A stretch of DNA of 64,000 bases from Schizochytrium sp. TIO01 (GCA_004764695.1 SMSO01000031.1:8786761-8850760), one strand, 5' to 3'. Positions 10,962-24,909 are shown, counted from the first letter of the stretch. Notes: a model not told the origin generated them from the letters alone. Numbers and translations: made by a program.

Positions 10962-11584
10962 GGGGTCGGTGAAGCATATAGATGACAAGACATTTCAAGG
11001 TAGTAGCTTATGGCTCCCTTACTTTTTAAAATGAAAAATAAAGCAGTTTTTTCTCATGTTTATAAAAAGAAGAAGAATATTGCTCTTGATTATACTTCAG
11101 ATTTGTTCATACAGAAAAGAAGAAGATATGTACTTCATTTATTTAAATTTGGACTGTAGTAGTATTTGAAAGTTCAGCTTGTACTCACTGTAAACTGTCT
11201 TTCTAAACTTTCAAGATGCGTTACTTATCAAAGTATCCCTAGAGGTAATGTTAGATAAGATTTTACAATTTTAAATAAAAGGAGTGCGAATCAACAAAAG
11301 GTAACACTATTCATTTTGAAAATCCCCAGGGAGGTAATTAAGTCTCCCTTAATAATCCTATCACTATAGATGAAACTTGTGCATCCTCGAAAAAAAAAAT
11401 TCCTGCAAACTGAAGCTCAGTTTGGAATTTATAGTTTAGAAATTAAACAAGTTTGTGTAAACAAACCTTTGATGAAATCATTCAGAAACACCGCCAGAAT
11501 ACAAGACTGCTGTGACGAAGTAAATTTGGACAAAATTCTAGTAGAAATATTTATTTCTAACTAATAAATTCTTAACAACATGAT

Positions 11585-13500
11585 TCAGAGAAAGCTTTTT
11601 CTCATTGCTTCCTGTGTAGTTTCTACTGACAAATTTCTTTGCTCAGCTTCCTCTTGGTTTATGTCAATCTCTTGGAGATAGTTAAATTTTGGAAGAATTA
11701 ATATTTGCGTTACCATTAGAGGTAGAATTTGAATTAAATCACGGAGTCTAAGTTGAATGAAGTGAAAGATCTTTAAAGACTTCATTCTCGAAACATAGGC
11801 ATCATTCACTGTCACCCTTGTATCACTCTTAGTTTTTGCCCAGGTTATTTTTAGAGTTGAATCAAAGGGCATGCTGTTTCGGCTGTCCTTATTAAAGAGT
11901 GTTGAGACTACTTCATGAGGTAACATGTGCCGTCTATTTCTCTTGCCTGAGACCATAGTACGGAAATTCTGAATTGACCCGCTAAAAAATTTTATACTTT
12001 ACCTTGTTTATTTCCATCAAAGTATCCTGTAAAGGAAGCCATCAGTATCAATACTTCTACTGCAATATATCGTTTCACTTCGTTATGAGTGAACTCTGTT
12101 TTCCCACCGAGTGTATGAATTGACCCAAAGACATTAATGGGTACCAAATGCAATGCGCCAATCATCGAAATCCATTTAGGATCATATCATGTTCTCTAAC
12201 CACAACTCCCGGCGGTGATTCTTTTCGGCGATCAGGCAGAGGCGACGATTCAGGGTATTTCGAAAGGTCACCTCAATTTCAATCACCCTGAAGAGAATAT
12301 GCAAATATGTTATTTCTTTCTTCTCTGCACCTTCAAAATTCGATTTTTCTTCAAAGTGTTCAGACTGAACAACAGAAATGACATCTCATCTACAAAGTCC
12401 TTGATACTATTATCATTGAGCTGTAATGAGTCAATATTCTTAATTTGCATCTTCTTCCTATGCATAATTTGCTCACTATGCTTTAAAAGAGTTAAGAAAT
12501 TTCGAAGTTGTTCCGTTACCATGAAGACCCAATCGCAATGTCTGTTTCCGTAGTAACTAAAGTTTTATATTGTGCAAAGGGCCTGATCATTACCTGATAA
12601 AAATAAGCAAAATTTGTCATCGTTATAATCTGCAATTCCAAGATCCTCTTATTTGAATTCCAAGTCCAAGATACGTCTACAGAGAATGGTGTTCTGAAGA
12701 GGTTCTCCCCAAGGTAGTTAATGTCGAATGGAATTTCAAATTTTGTCTTTCGAGAGTTGACAACATTCAACTGTTTAATCATTGACTCCAAGAATTCGTC
12801 ATTGATGTCTAACACATCAGGAGCCATAATTGCATTCTCATCGTCTGAATCAGTAAACATATGATAGAAGAGGAGTAGAAGTGCAGCAATAGAAGTCCTT
12901 CATCATGAAAGAGCTTTGTAATTGCCAGAGGACCCATTGCAGATGACGAAGACGTCTTGATGTTATTTGATCCTAATTCCTGAACCCTGGAGTCTTTGAC
13001 ATCCCCATCGCTCAATGAAGAAAGATCTACAATTCTTGTAGAAAAAGGATAATATTCTCCTCCTTCTGAAGCCTAGCCTGTTCTTGAGCACCCATAAGTA
13101 CTAATTCTCGCTGTTATGAAATAGTATGTGACTGAATAACTCTTAAAATATTGTTTACAGAGAGATGATCGATGCTTGCGTCTTTTGCTCTTATTCCTAA
13201 GCCAGTTGTCAACCTAGACAGTGTTTTATTCTGATCCAGGACCACATGATCAAAATATTGAAGCAGTGCCTACATGTTGCTTGTTTGTATAAATAAGTTT
13301 CGTAAGCCGCTTGCCTTGATACCGATTTCGGCGAAAACTATAGTTTGGCTTGTAGAGAGGTTATTTGATATCATTGAAAGTTACAGAAAATAGCCGTATT
13401 CAAAGAAGAGCCTGACGAATTATCTTCCGTTAAATTCGTTGAACTACCTCTTATAAGAAAAACGTTGCGCACGCACATTTTGCACATACGTCTTATCCTG
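11585..13500 (-). pseudogene. Decayed large ORF of unknown function (AT-rich, mobile-element- or virus-like), copy A
   Basis: Chain of same-strand ORF fragments broken by stops and frameshifts. Part of it is homologous to 54285-54925. Boundaries are approximate. Confidence 0.6.
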
Positions 13501-16500
13501 GAAACCAGTTGTCTTTGAAAAAAAATAAAAATATCTACATTATCTCAAATTGAATTTCGAGCCTACCAGCGGCCAGACAAGCCAAGTAACTGCCACTGCG
13601 TAGAAATGGGAATTTTTGTAAGAACAGTCTATCTGTCAACTGAATTTGGCTGTGACAACCAAACAGATTGGCCCTATAAAGCCAAATTGGCTCATGTATA
13701 GGTAGGGTGCGTTGTTGTTGTTGGCAGATGTTATCGCTCCAAGCATTTCAGGCGCAACTTACATTGAAGTTAATCAAGTTGGTAGCTTTAGCTCGCGTTC
13801 AGAGCTTTAAAAATTTGCACAGTGACGAGCATGTTTCTATTAGATTATAGACTTTCGAGTACACTCACAGAAAGAGAAGCCAATAAGTAAATGAGAAAGG
13901 GAACGTATGGTAATCTTGAAAGCAAGCCCTCTTTTGCCAGTGGAGGTCTACCATTTTAACCAGTAATCCTTGCTAGTAGGTGGCTAGAGAGTTCCAACTT
14001 GAAGAACCGGCAAGACTCGATTTTCTAAGGGGAATGAAAACACACGGACCCATACCAAAAAAAACTTTTCACTCGCTCAACCTTTAAAAATAGGAAATGA
14101 AAGAAAAGAAAAATGAAAGTGTCTAAATTCATAGTCCACACTGGCTTGAGTTTTTGTACAAACTAACTTGCGAACTTCTGGCTGCTGCCATTGAAGCTCG
14201 AGTTTTGCTTTACTATTTTATCTGTGCTCTGTCTAATTCGTGGTTGATGTGAACACCTCAAAGATTTTAAAGATTAGAAAGTTACGAATTGTCGATGCAG
14301 TAATTATAGAGAACCAATCTTTTTACTTGCTTATGTGAAGTCCTGATTTGGACACGAAAAAGGGGGTGTTATGAAGCTGTTGATCCTGCTTCTTCAGAGT
14401 GTAGATACCATCCGAATTTAGAAGATAAGCCAGCCGTGGCGTATGGATGCAGCAAGTGGTGCTTGCTTCGAAAAGGCCTATTGCTTATTCTCATTAACCC
14501 TCCTCCAGCTGTTAGTCTCAAAGGAAGGCGAGCAAGTTTTTGAACCGAATAAAAGAAATGCCGCTTCCTGGAGGCGGAAGAAAGATATAGAGCATTTCCA
14601 AGGTCGGTTTGGTTGCAAGGTTTCATTTTTCGCCATGGAAGCTCGCCGAGGACATCAACTATCACGAGCACGCCATGCTTGTCGAGCTTTTGTCCCGAAG
14701 GGATGCCGAGATTTGAAGCCTAAACTGGCAGGTTTTAAAGCCTCGAAATGAACGCATATTCTCGGCTGTAGCCCCAAAAGCTCAAGGTTCAAGAGCACCT
14801 TGGCGCATTTACTTTGATTATACAGTTTGCGTATGCTTTGATCAAACGGTAAATGCTCCGGACGATGTGCATCGCAAGACCGTTGCTTAGGAACCGAGCA
14901 AAATTCACGTTGTTGCTTCCAGTTAGTCTTTCAAGCTTCTACCTTCCACCATCAAACTTGTTGACTGAAACTCGTGATGAGAACAACCGCTCGAGTTCAA
15001 TTCCTCGGTCTCCATACACATCCAGCAAGCGCCTACGTCTGTACTAATACTTGCTCCAGAACGGTCGTGCGCCACCTCCATCAAGACGGCACTTGAGACA
15101 ACCAACAAGCTGGCATGCACTCGCTAGATCACCGCAGCCTGAGCCGACATGGCGCAGGTATACCTATCTACTCGAAAGCGAACAAGAAATGCACATCGCC
15201 GGCAGACTGATTGGGCAATTGATTGGTGCCGGAACTAGGCGTGTGCCGCTTTCTTCATCAACCGCTAGTTCGATTAAAAGTCACCTTGCAGCAGTGTAAG
15301 ACCAACCATCTCAGTTCTAAGCCCATCGATTCCACCTCGACGTCCATTACCTAATACTTCCCAACTGCATTGCAAACCAGGTAGGTATGCATGCACCAGG
15401 CTCGGGGGGTGGCGCGATGGCGTCGAGGTCGAGGGGAGGTGCTCCCTTCGACGCTTGGGAACTGACTGACTGATTTCATCGTGGTCCGGGGAGCCACATT
15501 GTTTCGTCTTCTCCTTGACTACTAACACCAGAGAGTAAAAGAAAAGGAAAAGGGAACAACTAAAGTGCTCTACTCTAACTAGCCCAGTCTAGAACTGAGC
15601 AAGCACATCTGTGGTAACAAATAGGTGGTACCTAAAGCGAAAGACTTTCAAGTTCTCAGAATGGGCGTGCGTCCATCTCTGCAGACCCATTCACAGAACA
15701 CATACCAACTTGCACGAAGCGATTGCAGGTTGTAGAGCAGCTAGAAAGAAACCTACCTACCTTCTCAGGAAAGAAGGAAACGGCGACTTGCATGCCTTTG
15801 ACCTGGGCTTGAACCTGCCTGCATTGGCGAATTCAAGCTCTTGACACAGCCACCATCGCTCGCTCGTGCAAGTGAAAACCATTATCGTCGTCATCGAATC
15901 GAATCACACATCATCATCCGTAAAATAAATAAACAGGCCTAAATAAACAGGCCTAACCAGATGAATTAATAATGGCATAAAAACAAGAACACGAGCGATT
16001 GTTAGAACTTCATTTTGTGCAAATGCAGTGCGTCGGGTCGAGCGAGCCCCGCCAAGACGACCGCGTGGCATGCTTGAGCTCAGGATATCCTCGCGTGGTA
16101 GCAGCGCCGGGCTCTCAGCAAGGCAGCCAGTCAATCTATCAAGCATCACTACATTAGTTCTAGCTAGTCTCAAGTCAGCGCGTGCACAACTTCGTGATGA
16201 AAGGCAGGCCAACTTGAAATTACTTACTTACTACAGACGTTCAGATTCTCCCGACTCTCGCGAGTTCCCGCTTGCAATCAGCTCATCAGTCTCTGCTGCA
16301 CCCCGTCCTCTGATCATGTCAGCGCCTTCGAATACGTGCGGCGGTGGTGGGAAAGGTTGAGCAATTTTGGGCTCGTGCACATCTTTGAGACCGCCACGAA
16401 GTTTTCAGGACCTCGCCCATTCATTGTGCATAACAGAGGTCTTCAAGGGTTCCAATCGATGGCCATGGCGATGAGGAGTGCTTGTCGAAGAACCTCTGCA

Positions 16501-19500
16501 CTCTTGGAAACAAGTGCATTCTTCTCGCAGGCAACCAATCCAATCCACGTGCTCCAAGGCAGAGCAGAGTCAAGTCAAGTAAGTGGTCGTCGCCTTGCTT
16601 ACCGTCTGTCACCTCTCCGCCATGATGGCCCACGCCCCTTTCCGACGACCACGCCACGAGGCGCTGAGACTGTTACTAGCCAAGCCAAGCCAAGTCAAGT
16701 CAAGTCAAGTCAAGTCATTGTCGAACGCGATCGCAGCAAAGCCATCCTCCAACCTTGACATCTTCTACGTTTTCTTCAAGTCTGCTCACCTCTAATTCGT
16801 CTTGAACCGTTTCCTTGTCTTGGACCTCGAGTTTTCTATCCCAGTCCCTCGAACAAAGTACGCTCTCGCGCTCATAAAGAGGCTTCTGATACCTACAGAA
16901 CAATCGAAGAGTATCTCGCTTTGATATCGATTGACCCGTCTGAAGCAGCGAGCGACTTGAAGAACCCGCTCACGTCTCTCGTTTTGCTCACTTGGTTGAC
17001 TAAGTTCCTTTATGTATTTATGTATTTATGCATTGATGCATTGATGTGTTTATTTATTCATGCATTTATTTATTTCTGTGGACCAAAGTCGGCGCGCGCC
17101 TTCTTTGACAGTATATACTTACTCCTAAAAATTAATTCAGGAATAATCCACTTATATGTCATTTTTTTTAATTTTTTTAATTTTTACAATTTTATCATGA
17201 TAACTTTTTTTGAATTACTGTATAAAGAAGCAAGATTTTCAATAGTAAATAGAGGGTAAAACAGGGTAGCAATAGCTAAGAACTTAGCTTCTTTCTAAGG
17301 CGCATTGCAAAGAGTCATTATATAAATTAAATAAACACCAGATAATTGGCAAGTGCTTACCCACAGCACCCACTTCTTCTAAACGTTCCCCGCACTGCAG
17401 GGCTTGCGGGTTCCCTCGTTGTGCAAAGGACAGCTTATTCATTCAACTCTTGATTGATATAAATTCTTGCATTCGTTCATTTCATTTACTTCATTTAACT
17501 TAGGCTCTTCGTCTTTCGGATGGAGCATTAGCACAGACTTGGGAATCGACTTGAGGAATGGCGCACGCAAGACTTTGGAAACTTAGCTGCAAGGGACATG
17601 AAGACTCCCCGAGATGGCAGTAAAATTATACAGTCAAGATGGCGGTCCAATCAGCATTATATGGGTATGTGGCTGAGGTTCGTACGCTCCTATTTTCCCA
17701 GTTCCTAGCTCTGCTACAGTAACCTCAAGTAGTTTCAACTTCGCAATTGAACCAACTCAAGGAAGGCAAGCACTTCTCAATCAAGGAGCATCTTAAGAGT
17801 TGGCCCTGTTTCGCATTCGTATTCTGCGAAGTCCAAAACAAAACAACAAAGCAACAACAAAAAACAGCGAGAACCCACGTAAACAGCCTTTTATTGGCTC
17901 CCATTGACGACGAGTTCCCGAGAACAAATGTGGGGAACGCGGGGAGCGGCGCGTGCCGCGCATGATAATGTCAATAGAAGACATAAAGTGGCGATCATCG
18001 AAGATAATTGCTCGTCATGACTCAAGAATCTGATGAAGAGTACATTCATACCTAGTCGCTGGTGGCGGGCTGCAATTGAAGGTGGGCTGGCCATTTCTAT
18101 TGACTTTCTCTCGAGTATGAGGTGGAGGAGCAGTAGTAGGTAGATCATCAATTCTTAAGTGCAAAGGGCAAAGTGAGCAGGTGGAAGGGGCAGCGTAGGT
18201 GCTAGAGTAAGATATAGAAGGGTGCTATGCAGTGAATGAGTAAATCAAATAGTTCGTTCTGTTCTTCAGAAGAACATGCACATACCTACATACCCATGGG
18301 ATGCAATCAATGTCATATCAACATACATAGATACATAGATACATACATTGCTGTTACTCTTATTATCGTTGGGCTAAGTGAAAAGAAGGGAAAGGAACTC
18401 AACTCCAGGAGGAAGAGCTTTAAAGTTTGTTGATGGTCGCAGTAATTCGAATATGAAGAGCGTGGACCGCGTTAAGGCTGAAGGTTGGATTAAATTCGCT
18501 CTTCAAGACCTCCATACAGCTGCACAGAAATCATAGAACCTCGCAAGTTCAAACGTTCAACTCAACGTAGGCAAGCCTTCATTATTTTGTTTTTCTAGCT
18601 AGACAGTGCGGAGAGAACAATTCCATTATGCATGTATTTATTTATTTATTCATTCTCATCGATCAAAATGTATTGCATGCAATTTTAGCAGAAGCAGCAA
18701 ACTCTGCGAAACCCTTACAAGAGACAGGGTGATGTACTGCCTCCTAATTACCACTCTGTACGTCAGTGAACGAAGAAGACCTCGAGAAAGTCCTCGAACA
18801 AGAAAGTGCACGGACTCCAAAAGCTTAAACTTCGAGTCGAGATCACCCACCGCACAGCACGTAGTACTAGGCAAACTTTCTTGTTCTTCACTCTTTTCTC
18901 TTGGAAATATTGCTGGAGCTTCTTCCTACCATCGAGGTGGTTCTTCTTTCTGTTTTCCTACTCCAACCCTGACCCGTGCGTGCGTATCTACTTGCTTTCT
19001 TCACTCGCTAACGTCGGAGAGACCTTGTCTCACGACCAAGAATGAATGAAGCGTATTCGAGACATTGAATGACACTTAGAGTTCTCCTCGCACGTATTCT
19101 CATGCTCATGCAAACCTGATGAAGGAAGGCCTAATTCTTGAAGAAGAATGAAAAGCTGCTGATTTGTCAAGCACTGCCGAGTCGTTGATTATGGGCAGCA
19201 GAGCTGTATTTCTGCAGGCCCAGCGAGCTCGTTGTAAACAAGGCCTCAAGTCAAACGGCACCAGCCTTCAACGAAAGCCGAAGCCTTGAGATGAAGCGGC
19301 GAAGCCTTATTCGCTCACCATTTAGATTGGTTTCGTAAAAATACTTTTATTGTTAGTTTTTAATTAATAATTGATGATAGATGGTTCTAGCAGAGAGGAA
19401 GTAAGAGATGTTTATCTGTGTTTGTAAATAAACTTGCATGTGATGAAAATTTAGAAATTTAGAATATAAAGTAGAAAAAAAGTGGCGCTGAGTTCTGAAG

Positions 19501-21597
19501 TTCTAGCTCAACACCCACACGAACTTTGCAAGCACCTCCAACACCATCCCAAAGTGGCCACGGTCCTGAGCAGTTTGCGCCAATTGCTGTCATCTTCATC
19601 AGTGTGATTGGAGGTCACCTAGTTAGTGTTCCCGCACCAAGATTAGATTAGAACTCAAGCTCTAAAGAACCAAGAAATAAAGCGGTCCCAACCCAGGTCC
19701 GCTCGCTGTCGTCTTGCAAACAAGGCCACCATAGCACAGTAATTGTCAGTTATAGCACATTCGTTGTACGCTCTTGCGCACGCTCATCTGCGGTCGTTCC
19801 CGTTCCAACATCGACAGCTTTCTACCCAAGCTCAACCCGCTTCTGAGTTTGGTTTAATGTACTTTGCTTTGCTTTGCTTTGCTTTACTTACTTTGCTTTA
19901 CTTTGTTTGCACTTTGTTGATCAATCGAATTGGCAATTCGTCGATCGACTCATCGACTGATCAGCTTAGCTAGCTGTCCACCGACAGGGCCTGATCAAGG
20001 GCAGCCTTGGGAGGCACGGGTAACTTTCCATCAAGGCGGTCGAAGACTCGCAGGTAGGCACGCAGGTCCAACTCGAGAGTCTGGAGGTGGCAGAGGCGGG
20101 AGGGGATTCGAGCGTGGACCTCAAGGTGCGCAAAACTAGCGTGCGCTCGAAAAGCGTGTGAACAGAAAAAACAAAGGAAAAAAAAGAAAAAAAGAATTAA
20201 AAAAAGGAAAGAATTCGGAAGAAAGGGAAATCGAAGAGACAACTTGAAAAGAAAAGACAGACAGACATAGTACAAAAGGCAAAAGAAGACAGACAAACAT
20301 GTATTGATTCATTCATTCCTTCATTCTTCGTGCATGCATCGCAGCGAACGAGCGACCAGGCAAGCAAGCAGACAAACAAAAGACCAGGCAGACTCGAGTC
20401 AGCCGCCCGCTCTCCAGACTCGAAGCTGCTCGAAGTGGCCTGCGGAGCAAACTTTCAACCATCCTTCTACAAGCGGCATCGGCATCTCCACCTCTGGCGG
20501 TGACGACTCCTGTAGCAACAACAACTGCAACAGCGGTGGCGGCAGTCTTAGACTACAATACCAAATCCACCAACAACCTCAACAGCCTCAGGTATACTCC
20601 ACGACCTCGGAGAACCTCAGGGGCAAAATCTGCAAAAGTCCAACGAACCTGGGCTACAAACAGCGGAACTGAAAGGTTACCTAAGTGCGGGAGCCCATCC
20701 AGAGCAACAAGTGCTCATAAGAAGGCTGTTGGTCTACGGAGAAGCGATTAAGCTTTAAAACCCAAGCTCCAAATCAGATTCGCCACGGGAGGCGCTGGTA
20801 CTGGCAGGTCACGAGGGACAGGAGTAGACGGTGGTTGTGGGAACGACGTGCTCGATTGGCTGCTCCAAGATTGGCGAGATTAGGCGTGCGCCGCTTTCTG
20901 AGAGCGTCCCCTTAATCTTTTAAAGACCCCAATACCTCTTCGTTGGCTGGTGCTGTGAAGCCCGAGCCCTGGCGACGCAAAGCCAAAGCAACACAACGAG
21001 TAAATAACCAGGCAACCACTGGCGAGTCGTACGCTTACGACTCAAGCGTGCGCTTTGCCTGAGTTTGACTGCGTGACTCAACATCGGTGCCGTTATTGTG
21101 TAGGTTATATAAGCGCGCGTAAGTTCCTTAAACCAACCTTGGTGGTCCAAATTAATTATTTGCCGCTTAAAATCGGGCAGCAGCCTATGCACGGGAGGGG
21201 AGGGAACTAAACACGTCTGAACAGAGGAAGCGAAAGGAAAAGAAAGAGAATCACGACTCATCAGGAAGCGCAGCCAACCGAAAGCAACAACATATAGTAT
21301 CAATACATTAATTATCTCGTGAAAGCGCTTGTTAGATATAAGCGAAGGGAGCAGATCGTGTTTTAGCAGATCCAAACACGATTACATTGAATAATAATTG
21401 TATCCTGTGGTACACCGTTCATCCGTCCTCAACAGAGGTGGAAGCCTGTAGCAAAGTTAGACTGGCTGCAATCGAATTGGTGGCACATAAAGGGACAACA
21501 GCAACACCACATCGCACTCAAGTACAGTAGGCAGACCTAAAAAAGCAAATATCAACATCAGAAACAGGTGCAACAGTGGCTGTGAGCTCTGCATAGG

Positions 21598-23184
21598 ATG
21601 GGCGGATACCTGGACAAACCCAACACAAAAACGGCGCAACACAGTGGCAATGCAAAACAATCTGGTCTGCACTATGGCAGTGCTTGCATGCAAGGATGGA
21701 GGCCCAAAATGGAGGACGCTCATTTGACAGAGGTTGACTTGTCGGATAGTCATCGTCTTGTGGACGGAGTCTTTGCAGTTTTTGATGGGCATGGTGGCAA
21801 AGAGGTCTCGCAGTTTTGTGCAAAGTATCTCATGAAGTCATTACGCGCAGCACCACATTGGAAAACACAATCAGTAGGCATTGGAGAATGCTTCCGCGAA
21901 GCGCTTTTGCGACTGGACACAAGCTTGGTTACACCTAAAGGCCAAGCCTCACTTTACAAACTACAAAACGAAAAGGACACTGTTGTCTGCATCCATCGCG
22001 ACGTCTTTGCCTTTCTTGGCAGTCCTGAATCCCCGGTGCCTATGATCGATCCCTTGCCTTACTCCCGGTCGATGGGATCAACGGTGGAAAAACTCATTGA
22101 ACTTACATCAGAGCAGGCGAGCCTCGATGGGGCATCGAGTGCTTACGAACTTTGTCCTTCTCTCATCACTGGCGGTTTGCGTGCTCCTTCGCCGCTTGAT
22201 AGTCAGGCCACAGACCTGTTGACATGCTTTAGCTCCTCGCCATCTCCGATGCCACCCCCGCCACCAGGTTATGAAACTCATCCCAGTCTCCTTCAGAGTA
22301 TCCCTAGCGAACCTTCCCTGTACAACGATCTCAGCACCTTTGAATCCTGCAAGCGCAAGCGCAGCATTGACCAACCATCGCTGCTGGTAAAGCGTAAACG
22401 TACGCGCAAGGTCATGAAGCGGGTCAACCCTGTTTGGGAACGTATTCGTCAAATAGGTACTCAACGTGGACTTTTAGCAACGCCAGACGCTTTGCCACCT
22501 AGGCGCCCGGCAAACCGTGACCCATCTGTCTCCAGCGGACCAGGCATTGAAATTTTGCCTAGGGAAAAACTTATTACTCGCGATACCTCTGATATGGTGG
22601 TAATTGATAAGGATGAGCTTTCTAGCAAAGTCCCGGGCTATGACAGTGGAACTACAGCACTTATTGCTGTGGTGGAACCAACCACCGACCAGCGTGTAAA
22701 GCGTCTCACCGTTGTTAATGCTGGTGACTCGCGATGCGTTCTATGTCGCAATGGGACTGCTTTAGAAATGTCAAAGGACCATGCCCCTCACCTGGAAACT
22801 GAGCGTAAGCGCATCGAACGTGCTGGGGGTATTATTACTGAAGACGGACGGATCAATGGAAAACTAAACTTGTCTCGTGCTATCGGTGATCACCGGTTCA
22901 AGTCACGCAAGTTTCCCCTCAAGGACCAAATTGTTACTTCATGGTCTGACATTCGCGAGACATTTGTTTACGAAGGAATCGATAATTTCCTCGTACTTGC
23001 ATGCGATGGGATATGGGATGCGATGACATCTCAAGAAGTTGTAGACTTCATCCGCCCATTGCTTGCACAGGGTCTACCTTTGGCAGAAATTTGTTCTCGT
23101 CTTTGCAAGACCTGCCTCGCTAAGGATCCAGAGGTTGATCCAGGGACGGACAACATGAGTGTGATTATTGTAAATTTCTTTTAA
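21598..23184 (+). CDS. Protein phosphatase 2C (PPM1G-like) with a large low-complexity insertion
   Basis: MGGYLDKP start, MQGWRPKMEDAH, VFDGHGGKEV, SGTTA, NAGDSRCVL, DHAP, LNLSRAIGD, LACDGIWD, DNMSVI. Confidence 0.95.
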   Translation: MGGYLDKPNTKTAQHSGNAKQSGLHYGSACMQGWRPKMEDAHLTEVDLSDSHRLVDGVFAVFDGHGGKEVSQFCAKYLMKSLRAAPHWKTQSVGIGECFREALLRLDTSLVTPKGQASLYKLQNEKDTVVCIHRDVFAFLGSPESPVPMIDPLPYSRSMGSTVEKLIELTSEQASLDGASSAYELCPSLITGGLRAPSPLDSQATDLLTCFSSSPSPMPPPPPGYETHPSLLQSIPSEPSLYNDLSTFESCKRKRSIDQPSLLVKRKRTRKVMKRVNPVWERIRQIGTQRGLLATPDALPPRRPANRDPSVSSGPGIEILPREKLITRDTSDMVVIDKDELSSKVPGYDSGTTALIAVVEPTTDQRVKRLTVVNAGDSRCVLCRNGTALEMSKDHAPHLETERKRIERAGGIITEDGRINGKLNLSRAIGDHRFKSRKFPLKDQIVTSWSDIRETFVYEGIDNFLVLACDGIWDAMTSQEVVDFIRPLLAQGLPLAEICSRLCKTCLAKDPEVDPGTDNMSVIIVNFF

Positions 23185-23610
23185 ACTTATCATGCCGTCT
23201 CTTATATGTGGTGGGGTGAGTAAGTTATTTGTGCTGTAGCGCGCTTCATTCAAACCGATTCCTTATTCCTGTGATTCTACTTATCTGATAGCAATTACAA
23301 CTGCTTTTACGAACATACTATACTCTCTTTCTCACGAACAAAATAATAATGTAATCTTTTTCACCAATTTTGACTTCAAATTGTTACATTACCTATATTT
23401 AGATTTAGTCTTACGTGTTTACCTGATCTAGAGCTTTGAAAATAAGGAGCTACCTTTAAAATAAAAAAGGATCGTCTGCAATACAACATATTTTGCTATG
23501 CTGTTTTCGAATAAGAAAAGTAAATTATGTGAATCAGTGTCCGACTCCCCGTCTCTGTTTAAACATACTAATCTTCTTTCCGACTGCCTTTTATTCATAA
23601 CCACTCGGCT

Positions 23611-24909
23611 CTAGAGAATGTGAATGCTAACATTTCCATCTTCGCCGGCTGCGGCTAGAAGGCGGCCAGTTTTTGACATGCAAACGGAATGTACTGCGCC
23701 CTTGTGCTGGCGAAATACTCGATCTGGAGCTAGGGTGCTCCACTTAAAAACACGAATAGTCCCGTCCCAGCATGCCACCGCCACTAAATCTAGTTCCATA
23801 CTTGCCACCAAATCTGAAGCGCCGGCTCGAGAAGAAGCTAGCGACGTAGAAGGCCGCAGAGGAGCGGATACCTTCAACTTCTTTGACTTCCGCTTTTCCA
23901 TATCGATATAAAATGGTGTCAACTCTGGGTCCGCGCCTACTGCGGCCCCGAGAAATCGATGAGACTTTTGCTCACTCATAGGCACCATGGTCATAGCAAT
24001 AGGGACATTCTCCGTCAACCCATGTAAACTCACATCAATTGACCACATTCCTGCCCGCAGATCAAATACACCAAGCGACGCGCTCTCAAATAAAACAAAT
24101 AGCACATCATCTTTCAGCTCGATAGCCATGCAAATACCTAAACTAGCATCTCGCTGCGTAACATCTTTTGGTTGGGCTCCGTGGTCGAGGTAATGGTCTA
24201 AAAGATCGATCGTGACAATGGTTTGCACGGGACTTCCATCTTGAAGACTCCACAGCCCAAGCTCTCCGTCTTCGCCAAACGGACTCGCAAATAAAGTGAG
24301 ATTCAGACTAATTTTGCAAAACCCAAATGAATTCGTCTCTGTAGACCATGCCAACTCAAGCTCGGGTGCTAGCCAGCAGCGTACTGTGCCGTCTCGGCCC
24401 TGGCTGACCACAAAGTCCTTGCCATCTTGCTCAAACGATACCACATTGAGAATTCCAAATTCTCCAGTATGCGCACTTTCCCTGATCTTTTTCACCCGCC
24501 TTGTATGTAGATCCCACACGCGCAAGCAACCTTTTGCATCTCCTGTCACTACACTCCAGATCTCGTTCGACCCCAACATCTTTGCGCTGTTTTCTGCAAG
24601 CTCGACATTCTTTGTACCTCGCATACCTGAGCTTTGGTTCTCGTCCTTCGCAGTCTGCGAAAGCTCTTGCCCTAGACTTGCAGATTTTTCTCCATTATCA
24701 CATGCAACTTTGTTGGCTTCTTCTATCCTATTTCCGTCGTTAGCGAGGTCTTCATCGCTGCTCTTGAACTTGTCACTCTCGCAGCTGTTGTAATGGTCAG
24801 TCTTGTCTTCGCCAATACCGTGAGCAGCGGCAGAGGAGGTCTTCACTGTCTCTGGCAAGAAACAAACAGCCTGCACAGTGTTGGCATGTCGAAGCAGCCT
24901 CGACGCCAT
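23611..24909 (-). CDS. WD40-repeat protein, GNB1L/ASA1/DSE1-like
   Basis: LRHANTVQAVCF, TGDAKGCLRVWDLHTRR, SQGRDGTVRCW, FGFCK, ACWDGTIRVF, AAAGEDGNVSI. First ATG is at 24909. Confidence 0.85.
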   Translation of the reverse strand: MASRLLRHANTVQAVCFLPETVKTSSAAAHGIGEDKTDHYNSCESDKFKSSDEDLANDGNRIEEANKVACDNGEKSASLGQELSQTAKDENQSSGMRGTKNVELAENSAKMLGSNEIWSVVTGDAKGCLRVWDLHTRRVKKIRESAHTGEFGILNVVSFEQDGKDFVVSQGRDGTVRCWLAPELELAWSTETNSFGFCKISLNLTLFASPFGEDGELGLWSLQDGSPVQTIVTIDLLDHYLDHGAQPKDVTQRDASLGICMAIELKDDVLFVLFESASLGVFDLRAGMWSIDVSLHGLTENVPIAMTMVPMSEQKSHRFLGAAVGADPELTPFYIDMEKRKSKKLKVSAPLRPSTSLASSRAGASDLVASMELDLVAVACWDGTIRVFKWSTLAPDRVFRQHKGAVHSVCMSKTGRLLAAAGEDGNVSIHIL

